From: Pseudoalteromonas translucida KMM 520
Lineage (GTDB): Bacteria > Pseudomonadota > Gammaproteobacteria > Enterobacterales > Alteromonadaceae
Assembly (NCBI RefSeq): GCF_001465295.1
Contig: NZ_CP011034.1
Span: 930,001 to 962,000 of the forward strand
Length of the DNA: 32,000 nucleotides
Direction of reading: 5' to 3'
The notes beneath the pieces are model-generated. The model was given only the letters and a program-made list of their open reading frames with translations, did not search any database and was not told the DNA's origin. Shown here one piece after another: positions 16,605 through 25,360 of the stretch. The number at the start of each line of letters is the position of its first letter. The stretch's first letter is position 1. Both the position numbers and the translations under genes were made by a program.

Positions 16605-18962
16605 TTAATACTCAAAACTAACATCTATACCATAGGTTCTTGGCGTGCCGTATACTTGTGCATCAAAAAAGTTAAAGTTTGAGCCAAATACAGTGTACTC
16701 TTCATCGGTAATATTTTTCCCCCAAAGCGATACTTTAAGGTTTGAACGCTCACCTACCTTGATATTAGATAACGTTAGGCGTGCATTGAGTAGCGCATAG
16801 TTATCACCCACTAAGCTTGGATCAGATACAGAAAATTGATATTCATCTACCATTACATAGTTAGTATTTAATGCTAAATTACCGAAATCTAGCTCAGCTA
16901 TAGTCCAATCCATAGCAACAGATGCAGAATAAGAGGTGTTGTCGGTATAAGTAATATCCGTGTATTTTGTATCTAAGTAACCTAGGCTGGTAGTAAAGAA
17001 TAAATTGTCGGTTGCTGCAAACTTAGCGTCTATTTCAATCCCCATATTTTCAGACTCACCGGTGTTAAGCGAGCGACGAATATTGCCCTCGAACACAGTT
17101 TTTTGTAGATTGGTATTACTATTAAAAAATACTGCGGTATTAAGCATTAAGCGATCATCTAACAACATTGCTTTAACACCAACCTCATACGCAGTAGTAT
17201 CTTCAGGATCTGCCGGTGTGAGTGTACCTTCGTAGTTAGCTTCGCCCATATTTGCTGGATTAAGATAAGCAAATCGGTCGATAGAACCCGGGTTGTAAAC
17301 ACCTGCAGCATAGCCTTGCGAGATACTGGCATACATAGTTAAATCTTGATCGAATACATAATTGAAGAGCAGTGATCCCACTGTTTTTGACCAATTAGTC
17401 TCTGAATGCAGATCGTTTTTTAACATAGCATCATACTTTGCTACGTTAGTCAGTGATTTAGTATCATCTGTGTAGCGTATCCCTGCAACTACGTTAAGCT
17501 CATCTGTTAATTTATAATCAACATTAGCAAAAAGAGCAGATGACTTAGCTTTTACACTATAAAACGCACCAAAAGGCAGCGTTTTACTAAATAATACGTT
17601 AGCGCCTTGGCCAGTAAAAATACCTATGTTCCATGGATTATTCTCTTCACCTTCTTCAGAAAAGTAATAATAACCGGCTACATATTTCAAATCACCTTCT
17701 AAAAACTGTCCTAGTAATTGAAATTCTTGTGATTTTTGCTCTTGTGACTTCACACTAGTATATTGAAACGCTGGAATTGCAATAACATCACTGGCGTCAA
17801 CACTTGGTGGCGAAGTACTGAAATCTAAAGCTGGAGCAAAATAAGCACCGCCATCGGTATCGTAACCTTCTGTTAAATCAGAGTCATAACTGCGAATTGA
17901 GCTGATAGATTTAAAGGTATGGTTGTCAGAAAAATCCCACTCAACTGTTAAGTTATGTCCTTCAATATCAACATACTCACGACCATGTTGATCTAATTCA
18001 AACTCGGTTTGACGACCAGGCGCTTTCTCATTGGCGGCCATCATTGCAAACACGTTGCCGGCATAGAGCTTACCCGTAGATAGGTCCATAGTGGGTACAT
18101 TTGGATCTGTATATTGCGGGCGTACATTGCTAATTTGTACAGGCATAGCGACTGAACTACCATCAGTATTGTCATAGCTGTAGTTAACGGTAAAATCATC
18201 ACCGGCATAACGCAGTGCGACACGCAATGCATCAACATCTTCTGCACCTAAGTTTTTTTCTTTTGCGCCTGCAAAGGTATTGGTAGCCCAACCATCATGC
18301 TCACTGGTCATGTAAGTTAGCCTGGCGGTAAAATCACCAAGTGCGCCGGTATCAATTGATGTGGTTGAGCTAAGTAAGCTGTTATTGCCTGCAGTAATTT
18401 TTTGCTTAAATTGAAAGTCATCTGATGGTTTGCTAGTGACTAAGTTAAGCGCACCACCGGTAGTATTTTTTCCCCACAGTGTGCCCTGCGGACCACGCAG
18501 TACTTCCATGCGTTCTAAATCAACAATATTAAAAATAGCCCCAGAGTTCCGTGCTAAATAAACGCCATCTAAATAAATGCCGACTTTAGGGTCGATAGCT
18601 AATGAAGGCTCTGCCGTACCTAGCCCACGAATATCCATGCCAACGTTAAAAGTACTGCCATATGGAGGAACTATTCTAACGTTAGGTGCTTGCGCATTTA
18701 GATCACTAATATCTTCAATCCCAAGGTTTTCTATTGTTTCTGCGTTAAAAGCGGTAATGGCAATAGGCGTTTCTTGTAATGTGCTAATACGTTTTTGGGC
18801 TGTTACTGAAACACGTTCAATGCCTTTAACGGCGGTCTGTTTAACTTCGGCTTGCTCTGGTTCTTGTGCTGCAAATGCCTGACCAGATACAGCGCATGCA
18901 ATAGCAAACGCTAACGGTTTTATAGTGAGATTTGATGTAAACCTATTGTCATTTAAATTCAT
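16605..18962 (-). CDS. TonB-dependent outer-membrane receptor
   Basis: The 785-aa ORF has a signal peptide (AIACAVSGQAFAAQE). Plug-domain motifs are ERVSVTAQKR, IEDISDLNAQAPNV, RGLG and MEVLRGPQGTLWGKNTTGGALN. A long aromatic/Gly-rich barrel follows, and the C-terminus is TPRTYGIDVSFEY. Confidence 0.9.
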   Translation of the reverse strand: MNLNDNRFTSNLTIKPLAFAIACAVSGQAFAAQEPEQAEVKQTAVKGIERVSVTAQKRISTLQETPIAITAFNAETIENLGIEDISDLNAQAPNVRIVPPYGSTFNVGMDIRGLGTAEPSLAIDPKVGIYLDGVYLARNSGAIFNIVDLERMEVLRGPQGTLWGKNTTGGALNLVTSKPSDDFQFKQKITAGNNSLLSSTTSIDTGALGDFTARLTYMTSEHDGWATNTFAGAKEKNLGAEDVDALRVALRYAGDDFTVNYSYDNTDGSSVAMPVQISNVRPQYTDPNVPTMDLSTGKLYAGNVFAMMAANEKAPGRQTEFELDQHGREYVDIEGHNLTVEWDFSDNHTFKSISSIRSYDSDLTEGYDTDGGAYFAPALDFSTSPPSVDASDVIAIPAFQYTSVKSQEQKSQEFQLLGQFLEGDLKYVAGYYYFSEEGEENNPWNIGIFTGQGANVLFSKTLPFGAFYSVKAKSSALFANVDYKLTDELNVVAGIRYTDDTKSLTNVAKYDAMLKNDLHSETNWSKTVGSLLFNYVFDQDLTMYASISQGYAAGVYNPGSIDRFAYLNPANMGEANYEGTLTPADPEDTTAYEVGVKAMLLDDRLMLNTAVFFNSNTNLQKTVFEGNIRRSLNTGESENMGIEIDAKFAATDNLFFTTSLGYLDTKYTDITYTDNTSYSASVAMDWTIAELDFGNLALNTNYVMVDEYQFSVSDPSLVGDNYALLNARLTLSNIKVGERSNLKVSLWGKNITDEEYTVFGSNFNFFDAQVYGTPRTYGIDVSFEY

Positions 18963-19530
18963 TACACTTCCTCGATGATTTTTATATTTATTTCAGCGAT
19001 AGGCATCCACTAACTACTGCAAACCTCATTGAGTAAAGCTTATCAAAGAGGAAATGCCTAACCGCTATTTTGTTGTACTTTTTTTACACTGCGGTTTGAA
19101 AGTAGCGATAAGTGATCTGTTGAGCATCACGCATTTGGACTAGGCGTAATTTAGCCATGATGAAAGTCAAATGTTATCGTAATAGCTCAAGCGCTAAGCG
19201 TGGTCGCTGTTATTCGGTTATTTAGGAGATAAATAGCTGTAGTTGCAAAAACTGTATTGTTTATATTTAAGTGTTTGAATTTATTATAAAGAAAATCACT
19301 AACCGCAGAGAAAGCAAAAATAATTGACTGCCCGGATAAAAGCTCAGTTATTTTTTATTTAGCTATCAGTAAGGCAGCCAGACTGGTAATGAGCCGCAAT
19401 TAATTGGAAGTTTTAGTGCTTAGTCCATATTGACGATGAGAGATAGTGGCTAGTGTGAAAATCTGGTGTTAAGCAAGTTGGTGAGTTTAACCAGTGCAAT
19501 TGCGCGCTAATTCTATGAAGGATAACAACC
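18963..19530. promoter_or_regulatory. 568-bp divergent control region (promoters of the TonB-dependent receptor and the monooxygenase operon; sites not mapped)
   Basis: This is the longest non-coding stretch in the window and it separates divergently oriented genes. There is an AAGGA Shine-Dalgarno sequence 8 nt before the ATG at 19531. I could not identify a convincing operator. Confidence 0.4.
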
Positions 19531-20751
19531 ATGAGTGTTCCATATAAAATTGATATTACAGGTATCTCAGATGATTTTCTTACACCAGAAGCTAATCGTC
19601 TCATCGCAGCGGCAGAGAAGTTGGTTCCTAACTTACTTGAGCGCGCCCAAGCTGCCGAAACTGCCGGTAAAGTACCTGATGAAACAATAAAAGAAATGAT
19701 TGCAGCAGGTTTGTTCCGTGTTTTACAACCTAAACGTTGGGGCGGCTATGAGCTTGACCCTAGAGTATTTTATATTATTCAAATGACGCTAGCGCAAGGC
19801 TGTATGTCTACCGCTTGGATTTATGGTGTTATTGGCGTACATAACTGGCAAATTGGCTTGTTTGATGAAAGAGCACAAATAGAAGTGCTTGCTGAAAACC
19901 CAGAGATATTAATTGCTTCTACTTATATGCCAGTGGGCAAAGTAGAAAAAGTGGAAGGTGGTTTTAACTTTTCAGGCCGTTGGGGTTTTTCAAGCGGTGT
20001 AGAACACTGTGAATGGATATTTTTAGGTGGCTTAGTGCCTAAATCACCAGGCAGTAAAGAGCTGGAACATAGAACATTTTTATTACCTAAATCTGATTTT
20101 AAAGTGGTAAAAAACTGGGATGTACTTGGACTACGCGCTTCTGGTAGTCACGATATTGTGGTTGAAGGGGCATTTGTTCCTGAGTATCGCACCCATCAAA
20201 CAAATGACTACAGCGATGCAGCTTGTAAAGGGCGCGCGATTAATGATAACTGGTTATACCGTATCCCATTTGTGCAAATATTTCAGCGTGCTGTATCTAC
20301 CGCGTGTATTGGCGCACTTGATGGCGCTGTTACTGAGTTTCGTCATCGCTGCGCTGAACACGTGGGTAAACACGGTGGTAAAACAGCAGAAGACGTGAAT
20401 GCACAAATGGCAGTAACCGAAGCAATAATGACCAGTGATCAGTTAAAGCTGGTGTTGTTTCGTAATTTTGCAGAAGTGGTTAAGCATACTCAAAATGGCG
20501 AAATGATGCCGGTTAATGACCGTTTACTACAGCGCGCGCAATCTGCAGCTGTACCTAAACAGTGTAGTGAAAGAATTAACGAGATTATGCGCGCTTGTGC
20601 AGCGTCGGGAACTTATAAAGGTAACCCGATTGAGCGAATTTTTCGCGATATAAATCAGTCTCGTGGCCATATTGCTAACAATACAGATACTTACATGCGT
20701 GCACATGGCACTGTAATGCTAGGTTTACCTAACTCAGATCCTTTTGTATAA
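19531..20751 (+). CDS. Acyl-CoA-dehydrogenase-fold, two-component flavin-dependent monooxygenase, oxygenase subunit (HsaA/TesA2-like)
   Basis: The 406-aa ORF has a size and blocks (LQPKRWGG, VIGVHNWQIGLFDERAQ.EV, GRWGFSSG, DVLGLRASGSHD, C-terminal RIFRDINQ...HIANN) that match my recollection of the group D flavin monooxygenases typified by HsaA of the steroid 9,10-seco pathway. It lacks the acyl-CoA dehydrogenase catalytic-Glu context. Confidence 0.65.
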   Translation: MSVPYKIDITGISDDFLTPEANRLIAAAEKLVPNLLERAQAAETAGKVPDETIKEMIAAGLFRVLQPKRWGGYELDPRVFYIIQMTLAQGCMSTAWIYGVIGVHNWQIGLFDERAQIEVLAENPEILIASTYMPVGKVEKVEGGFNFSGRWGFSSGVEHCEWIFLGGLVPKSPGSKELEHRTFLLPKSDFKVVKNWDVLGLRASGSHDIVVEGAFVPEYRTHQTNDYSDAACKGRAINDNWLYRIPFVQIFQRAVSTACIGALDGAVTEFRHRCAEHVGKHGGKTAEDVNAQMAVTEAIMTSDQLKLVLFRNFAEVVKHTQNGEMMPVNDRLLQRAQSAAVPKQCSERINEIMRACAASGTYKGNPIERIFRDINQSRGHIANNTDTYMRAHGTVMLGLPNSDPFV

Positions 20752-20765
20752 GCTAGGGAGTCGCT

Positions 20766-21836
20766 ATGTCTCGTTATCATAATTTAACTGTTGCTGAAGT
20801 AATACAAGAAACCGCTGATGCGAATTCTATTGTATTTGACGTACCAGCATCGTTAACCGAGCAATTTGACTATCAGCCGGGTCAGTTTTTGACCCTTAAA
20901 CTCCCTTATGAAGGGGCGTTTTTGATGCGTTGTTACTCTATGTCGAGCACGCCAAGTCAAGATACAGGATTACGTGTCACGGTTAAGCGTGTAGCAGACG
21001 GGCGAGGTTCAAACTGGATTTGCGATAATCTTAAAGCGGGTAGTAATATAGAAGTGATGCAACCTGCTGGGCTGTTTGTGCCAAAAGATTTAGCTGAAGA
21101 TCATCTGTTATGTGCAGGGGGCAGTGGTGTTACTCCTGTGTTGTCTATTTTGCGACATGTGTTAATTAATGGCACTGGAAAGGTGCGGGTTATATACGCT
21201 AATCGCGATGAAGCCTCGGTTATATTTCAACAAACATTTAAGGCATTATCGGCGCAGTACCCAGAGCGTCTTGAAGTAATTCATTTATTAGATTCGTTAC
21301 AAGGTATTCCTTCATTGTCACTGTTAACTTCGTTAGCCGATGGTATGCAACAAGGACGTGCTTTTATTTGTGGCCCTGGGCCATTTATGGATGCAATGGA
21401 ATTGGCCGTTAAAGCCGCTAAATTTCCTGCTAGTCGTATTCATATTGAACGCTTTTCTAGTGCAGTGCCAAAAATCACAACAAAACCGGTACCAGCCAAT
21501 TTATTAGAAACACCGATTCAAGACAATGATGCAGAACTTGTTGTTGATGAAACAAATATGCCAGCGGCAACAATACAACTTGAACTTGATGGCGAACATT
21601 ATGTTATTGCTTGTGAGAGCGGGCAAACCGTGCTCGATGCAGCTGAAAAAATAGGTATTGAATTGCCGTACTCTTGTCGCGAGGGTATGTGTGCCTCGTG
21701 CATGTGTGAAGTGGTGTCAGGGCAAGTAAAACTTAATAATAATGATGTGCTCGATGAAAAAGATTTAGCAAACAACTTAACGCTAAGTTGCCAAGCAGTG
21801 CCTTTAACCAGTGAACTTAAGCTCAAATATACTTAA
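20766..21836 (+). CDS. Ferredoxin-NAD(P)H reductase with C-terminal plant-type 2Fe-2S domain (KshB/PaaE-type oxygenase reductase)
   Basis: The 356-aa ORF has FAD-binding RCYSMSS and GRGSNW, and NAD-binding LCAGGSGVTPV. The C-terminal cluster is C-x4-C-x2-C...C (SCREGMCASCMCEV ... LSCQAV). It starts 14 nt after the monooxygenase stop. Confidence 0.85.
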   Translation: MSRYHNLTVAEVIQETADANSIVFDVPASLTEQFDYQPGQFLTLKLPYEGAFLMRCYSMSSTPSQDTGLRVTVKRVADGRGSNWICDNLKAGSNIEVMQPAGLFVPKDLAEDHLLCAGGSGVTPVLSILRHVLINGTGKVRVIYANRDEASVIFQQTFKALSAQYPERLEVIHLLDSLQGIPSLSLLTSLADGMQQGRAFICGPGPFMDAMELAVKAAKFPASRIHIERFSSAVPKITTKPVPANLLETPIQDNDAELVVDETNMPAATIQLELDGEHYVIACESGQTVLDAAEKIGIELPYSCREGMCASCMCEVVSGQVKLNNNDVLDEKDLANNLTLSCQAVPLTSELKLKYT

Positions 21837-21926
21837 TACCTAATACTAATATCAGTAACGCAACGCGTTATCACTCATTCACTCAGTGCAACATTGTTTG
21901 CACATTTCCGATATAAGGAATTTCCC

Positions 21927-22697
21927 ATGCAATCTCGTTTTAAAGATAAAGTCGCTTTCGTAACAGGTGGTGGCAGCGGAATTGGTGCAGCTACTGCACA
22001 GCGACTTGCACAAGAGGGCGCCACAGTAATTATTTGTGGTCGCAGTAAAGCACCATTAGACGAAGTAGTAGCGACTATTCGCCAGCAAGGCGGTAACGCC
22101 CATGCAGTACAAGCCGATGTAAGCAACGAGCAAGCATTTGTTACAGCGCTTGAGCAAACGGCGCAGCAATATGGTGGCCTCGATATTTTAGTTAATAATG
22201 CCATGGCCTTTTCGTATGGGGCAATTGAAGACATGAGCACCGAACAGTGGCATAGCAACTTTACAACCTCGGTCGACGGTACATTTTGGGGTACCCGAAC
22301 AGCAATGCAATTAATGAAAGAAAAAGGCGGTGCTATTGTTAATATTTCATCTATTTGTGGTGAATTAGGTACGCCGATGATGGCCGGATATAGCGCTTCT
22401 AAAGCAGCAGTAGTTAACTTTTCACGTGCGGCTGCGGCAGAAGGTGCAGCGCACAATATTCGCGTTAATGTGGTAGTACCCGCAGTAGTAGAAACCCCCG
22501 CAACGGCAGGTATGTTAAGTGACGAAGGTATGCTTAATAATACTAACAGACTTATTCCTATGGGCCGTGTTGGCCGCGCTGATGAGCTAGCCAGTGCAAT
22601 TGCCTTTTTAGCCAGCGATGACGCATCTTATATAACAGGGGCTTCTTTACCTGTTGATGGTGGCCGTACTGCAGTATTGGTAACCGCTTTAGATTAA
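21927..22697 (+). CDS. SDR family oxidoreductase
   Basis: Motifs are VTGGGSGIGAA, NNAM and the catalytic S...YSASKAA. The ORF-track start at 21894 is a TTG with no Shine-Dalgarno sequence. The ATG at 21927 has AAGGAA 6-7 nt upstream and gives the normal distance to the Gly-rich loop. Confidence 0.85.
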   Translation: MQSRFKDKVAFVTGGGSGIGAATAQRLAQEGATVIICGRSKAPLDEVVATIRQQGGNAHAVQADVSNEQAFVTALEQTAQQYGGLDILVNNAMAFSYGAIEDMSTEQWHSNFTTSVDGTFWGTRTAMQLMKEKGGAIVNISSICGELGTPMMAGYSASKAAVVNFSRAAAAEGAAHNIRVNVVVPAVVETPATAGMLSDEGMLNNTNRLIPMGRVGRADELASAIAFLASDDASYITGASLPVDGGRTAVLVTALD

Positions 22698-22706
22698 GGA
22701 CATTGT

Positions 22707-23774
22707 ATGACCACAAAGAACCCACTATTAACCCCATGCAAATTGGGTGATATAGAAATAGCAAACCGAGTAATAATGGCCCCAATGACGCGTAATCGCG
22801 CTGATGCAGATGGCACACCTAATAGCATAATGCGTGACTATTATGCACAGCGAGCAAGTGCTGGGCTGATTGTAGCTGAAGGCTCGTGGCCTGTTGTTAC
22901 AGGGCAAGCATATAATCGTCAACCGGGAATAGAAACGCCAAAGCAAATTCAAGCATGGCGCGAGATAACTGATGCAGTGCATCAGGCGGGCGGTAAAATA
23001 GTGCTGCAAATTATGCATGCAGGGCGTATTGGCTCGCACCATATTAAAGGTAGTGATATAGCTACTGTTGCTCCTTCAGCAATAAAAGCCCGTGGCGAAG
23101 TGTATACCGACAGTGCGGGTATGCAGCCATTTGATATGCCTGAGGCCTTAACCACAGAGCAAGTGTGGCAAGTAATAGATGAGCATCGTCAAGCTGCCGA
23201 AAATGCAAAAGAAGCTGGTTTTGATGGTGTTGAACTGCATTGCACCAGTGGCTACTTACCTATGCAGTTTTTGTGTTCTGATTCAAACCAACGCAACGAC
23301 GAATTTGGTGGTAGCGCTCAAGCACGCGCTAAATTTGCCAGTGAATGTATACGAGCTATGGCAACGATATTTGGCGCAGGGCGAGTTGGTTTACGGATGA
23401 ATCCGGGAAACCGCTTTAACGATACCAAAGATGAAAATCCAGCAGAAAGTCATTTGGCTTTACTGCATGCGGTGGCCGATTTAGATCTTGCTTATTTGCA
23501 TATCATGCGTGCGCCGACAGCCGATATCGACGCCTTTAAAATGGGCAGAGAAGCATTTAAAGGCGCTCTGATTATTAATGATGGTTTTGATGGTGAGTCT
23601 GCTGCTGAGGCTGTTATTTCAAATCAAGCCGAAGCGGTTTCATTTGCTCGTCATTATGTTGCTAACCCCGATTTAGTAACACGCTTTGCAGCGCAATTAC
23701 CGCTGGCAAAGTTTAAACGTGAAACACTTTATACCCCTGGTGCGGCAGGCTACACCGATTATCCAAACGCATAA
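22707..23774 (+). CDS. NADH:flavin oxidoreductase, Old Yellow Enzyme family (alkene/enone reductase-like)
   Basis: The 355-aa ORF has the OYE blocks MAPMTRNRA, QIMHAGR, GFDGVELHCTSGYLPMQFL, NQRNDEFGGS and VSFARHYVANPDL. It starts 9 nt after the SDR stop. Confidence 0.85.
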   Translation: MTTKNPLLTPCKLGDIEIANRVIMAPMTRNRADADGTPNSIMRDYYAQRASAGLIVAEGSWPVVTGQAYNRQPGIETPKQIQAWREITDAVHQAGGKIVLQIMHAGRIGSHHIKGSDIATVAPSAIKARGEVYTDSAGMQPFDMPEALTTEQVWQVIDEHRQAAENAKEAGFDGVELHCTSGYLPMQFLCSDSNQRNDEFGGSAQARAKFASECIRAMATIFGAGRVGLRMNPGNRFNDTKDENPAESHLALLHAVADLDLAYLHIMRAPTADIDAFKMGREAFKGALIINDGFDGESAAEAVISNQAEAVSFARHYVANPDLVTRFAAQLPLAKFKRETLYTPGAAGYTDYPNA

Positions 23775-24061
23775 CAGAGTACTGTTATTGAGTGTTGCAA
23801 CATAATAGGTACAGCAACACTCAGTAGTCTCATTTCATCATTTGTCATAGTTTTCATACAATAAACTTAATCGTTAAAATAGATTAATATTACTTTAGTT
23901 AGACTAAATGATAATCAAGGAGTCACTTGCAAACCTTGCTAATAACGGTGATAGTGGAGTAAGTGAAATATTAAATAGCAGTATAAATTAATAATATAGC
24001 ATGCTTATTTTTTTGTTTTATTTTCAAGTTTTAATCAAAAAAAATAACTATAGGTTGAAAA

Positions 24062-25222
24062 ATGGCACAATTAGATATAAGTCTCGATGCATATAATGAA
24101 TTAATAAATGCATTATACGAAGCGTCGGCAGATACCAGTTCTTCAAGTTGGAATATCCCTCTTAAGCTAATCCAAAGCATACTTCAAGCAAACTATGTCA
24201 CCTTAATATTAAAAGTTCCCGAGGAAGACGATTTGGGATTAATGATCGCAGTAGGTGAAGGCTTAGAAGAAGGGGACACCGTTCAGCATTTACCCTATCA
24301 ATATAAATTAACCCCTTTTGCTGATCAACCACTTGATACCGTGTTAACTGTTGCGGATTTTATGGATGAAAACGAATGGAAAAACTCATCATATAGGGAA
24401 CACTGGTGCGAAAAAAATAACATATACCATGTACTAACTGCCGATATTAGCACCCCTAATGTTGGTCATTTAAGGTTTAGGGTTACGCGAACCGATGCAC
24501 AAGAAGATTTTTCTCCAGCTGATAAAGCGTTTGTAGAGTTACTTATCCCGCATTTTAGACGCGCAATTACCACCTTTTTACAACTCAATAGTAGTGCCTC
24601 TTTGGGCTCGTTATATTCTCGTGCTATTGGTCGTTTGTCTATTGCTACTATTACTATTGATGAGCATGGCAAAGTACTCGATAAAAACGTATTTGCTAGC
24701 CATATACTCGATGCCGAAGACGGGCTTAAAATAATTGGCGGTAAACTAACCGCGCAAGATAACAGTGATAATCGCGAGTTAAAACGCTTAATTAAAGCAA
24801 CGTTTGCTAATGCCGATGGCAAGCAAACTATGCCAGAGGCAATGTCGATTACTCGTCCATCAGGCGAAATAGCTCTTGGTGTAGTAATTGAAGTTATTCC
24901 ATCATTAGGTTGGGCTGAAGGTAAAGGGCAAAACAAGGCCGTAATTTACATTCGCGATGCGGTAGGTAAATCGACCACCAGTATTGAAATATCGAAAAAG
25001 CTATTTGGTTTAACGCCGGCAGAAACTGCGTTATCACTGCAGTTAACTAATGGTTTATCGTTAGAAGAAGCCGCCGAAGAGCTAAATATTCGCCGTAACA
25101 CAGCGCGTGCTCACTTACGTTCTATATTTTCTAAAACCGGTGTACGCAGGCAAACAGAGTTAGTTAGATTGTTTTTAAATAGTGTCGCTGCGCTGGGCTA
25201 CGACGACAGAAATAGCTTGTAG
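24062..25222 (+). CDS. LuxR/FixJ-family transcriptional regulator with a large uncharacterised N-terminal domain (TeiR/TesR-like architecture)
   Basis: The 386-aa ORF has a C-terminal GerE-type HTH, LTPAETALSLQLTNGLSLEEAAEELNIRRNTARAHLRSIFSKTGVRRQTELV. The first ~310 aa have no receiver-domain Asp pocket and no autoinducer-binding motifs that I recognise. Confidence 0.8.
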   Translation: MAQLDISLDAYNELINALYEASADTSSSSWNIPLKLIQSILQANYVTLILKVPEEDDLGLMIAVGEGLEEGDTVQHLPYQYKLTPFADQPLDTVLTVADFMDENEWKNSSYREHWCEKNNIYHVLTADISTPNVGHLRFRVTRTDAQEDFSPADKAFVELLIPHFRRAITTFLQLNSSASLGSLYSRAIGRLSIATITIDEHGKVLDKNVFASHILDAEDGLKIIGGKLTAQDNSDNRELKRLIKATFANADGKQTMPEAMSITRPSGEIALGVVIEVIPSLGWAEGKGQNKAVIYIRDAVGKSTTSIEISKKLFGLTPAETALSLQLTNGLSLEEAAEELNIRRNTARAHLRSIFSKTGVRRQTELVRLFLNSVAALGYDDRNSL

Positions 25223-25273
25223 ACTATATTACAAAACGATTCCTGCCTTACCTTAAAGTAAAAACGAGTAGGC

Positions 25274-25299
25274 AAAAAAAAGCCAGCTAAATGCTGGCT
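25274..25299 (-). terminator. Intrinsic terminator of the minus-strand enoyl-CoA hydratase gene
   Basis: Hairpin agccagc-taaat-gctggct. The preceding A7 run on the plus strand reads as a T-run after the hairpin on the minus strand. It lies 62 nt downstream of the stop at 25361. Confidence 0.65.
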
Positions 25300-25360
25300 A
25301 AAATTAACAAAGGGGAGTGTTAATTAATTTAAATAAATGGGTAATAAAAAACTAGTAACC

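Noticed and set aside
19157-19225. 22-codon mini-ORF (MMKVKCYRNSSSAKRGRCYSVI) in the long divergent region
   Set aside because: It has no Shine-Dalgarno sequence and no way to assess conservation. ORFs of this length are expected by chance in 568 bp. It is worth a look only if ribosome profiling or conservation supports it.
18963-19530. Possible riboswitch (for example cobalamin) upstream of the TonB-dependent receptor or the monooxygenase
   Set aside because: I looked on both strands for a B12-box-like core and for other familiar riboswitch cores and found none. There are only short stems (for example taggcat/atgccta at about 19011 and 19054, and ccagactgg at 19378-86). The repeated 8-mer ctaaccgc (19058, 19299) is within chance expectation for a region this size.
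21875-22456. 193-aa ORF antisense to the SDR at 21927-22697
   Set aside because: The plus-strand frame has complete SDR motifs (TGxxxGxG, NNAM, YxxxK). The antisense translation is Ala/Cys/Ser-rich and motif-free, so it is a shadow ORF.
23789-23823. 10-bp stem tgagtgttgc ... gcaacactca with a 15-nt loop just after the OYE gene stop
   Set aside because: It is a plausible transcript-end structure, but the loop is large and no clean T-run follows. I left it uncalled as a terminator.
23894-23908. Palindrome TTTAGT-tag-ACTAAA upstream of the LuxR gene
   Set aside because: The same statistical objection applies: it is a short, AT-only palindrome in a very AT-rich region. It is mentioned only as a candidate for EMSA.
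24466-24936. 156-aa ORF antisense to the LuxR regulator
   Set aside because: It lies entirely inside a gene whose frame continues into a clear GerE HTH. It has no Shine-Dalgarno sequence and is low-complexity.
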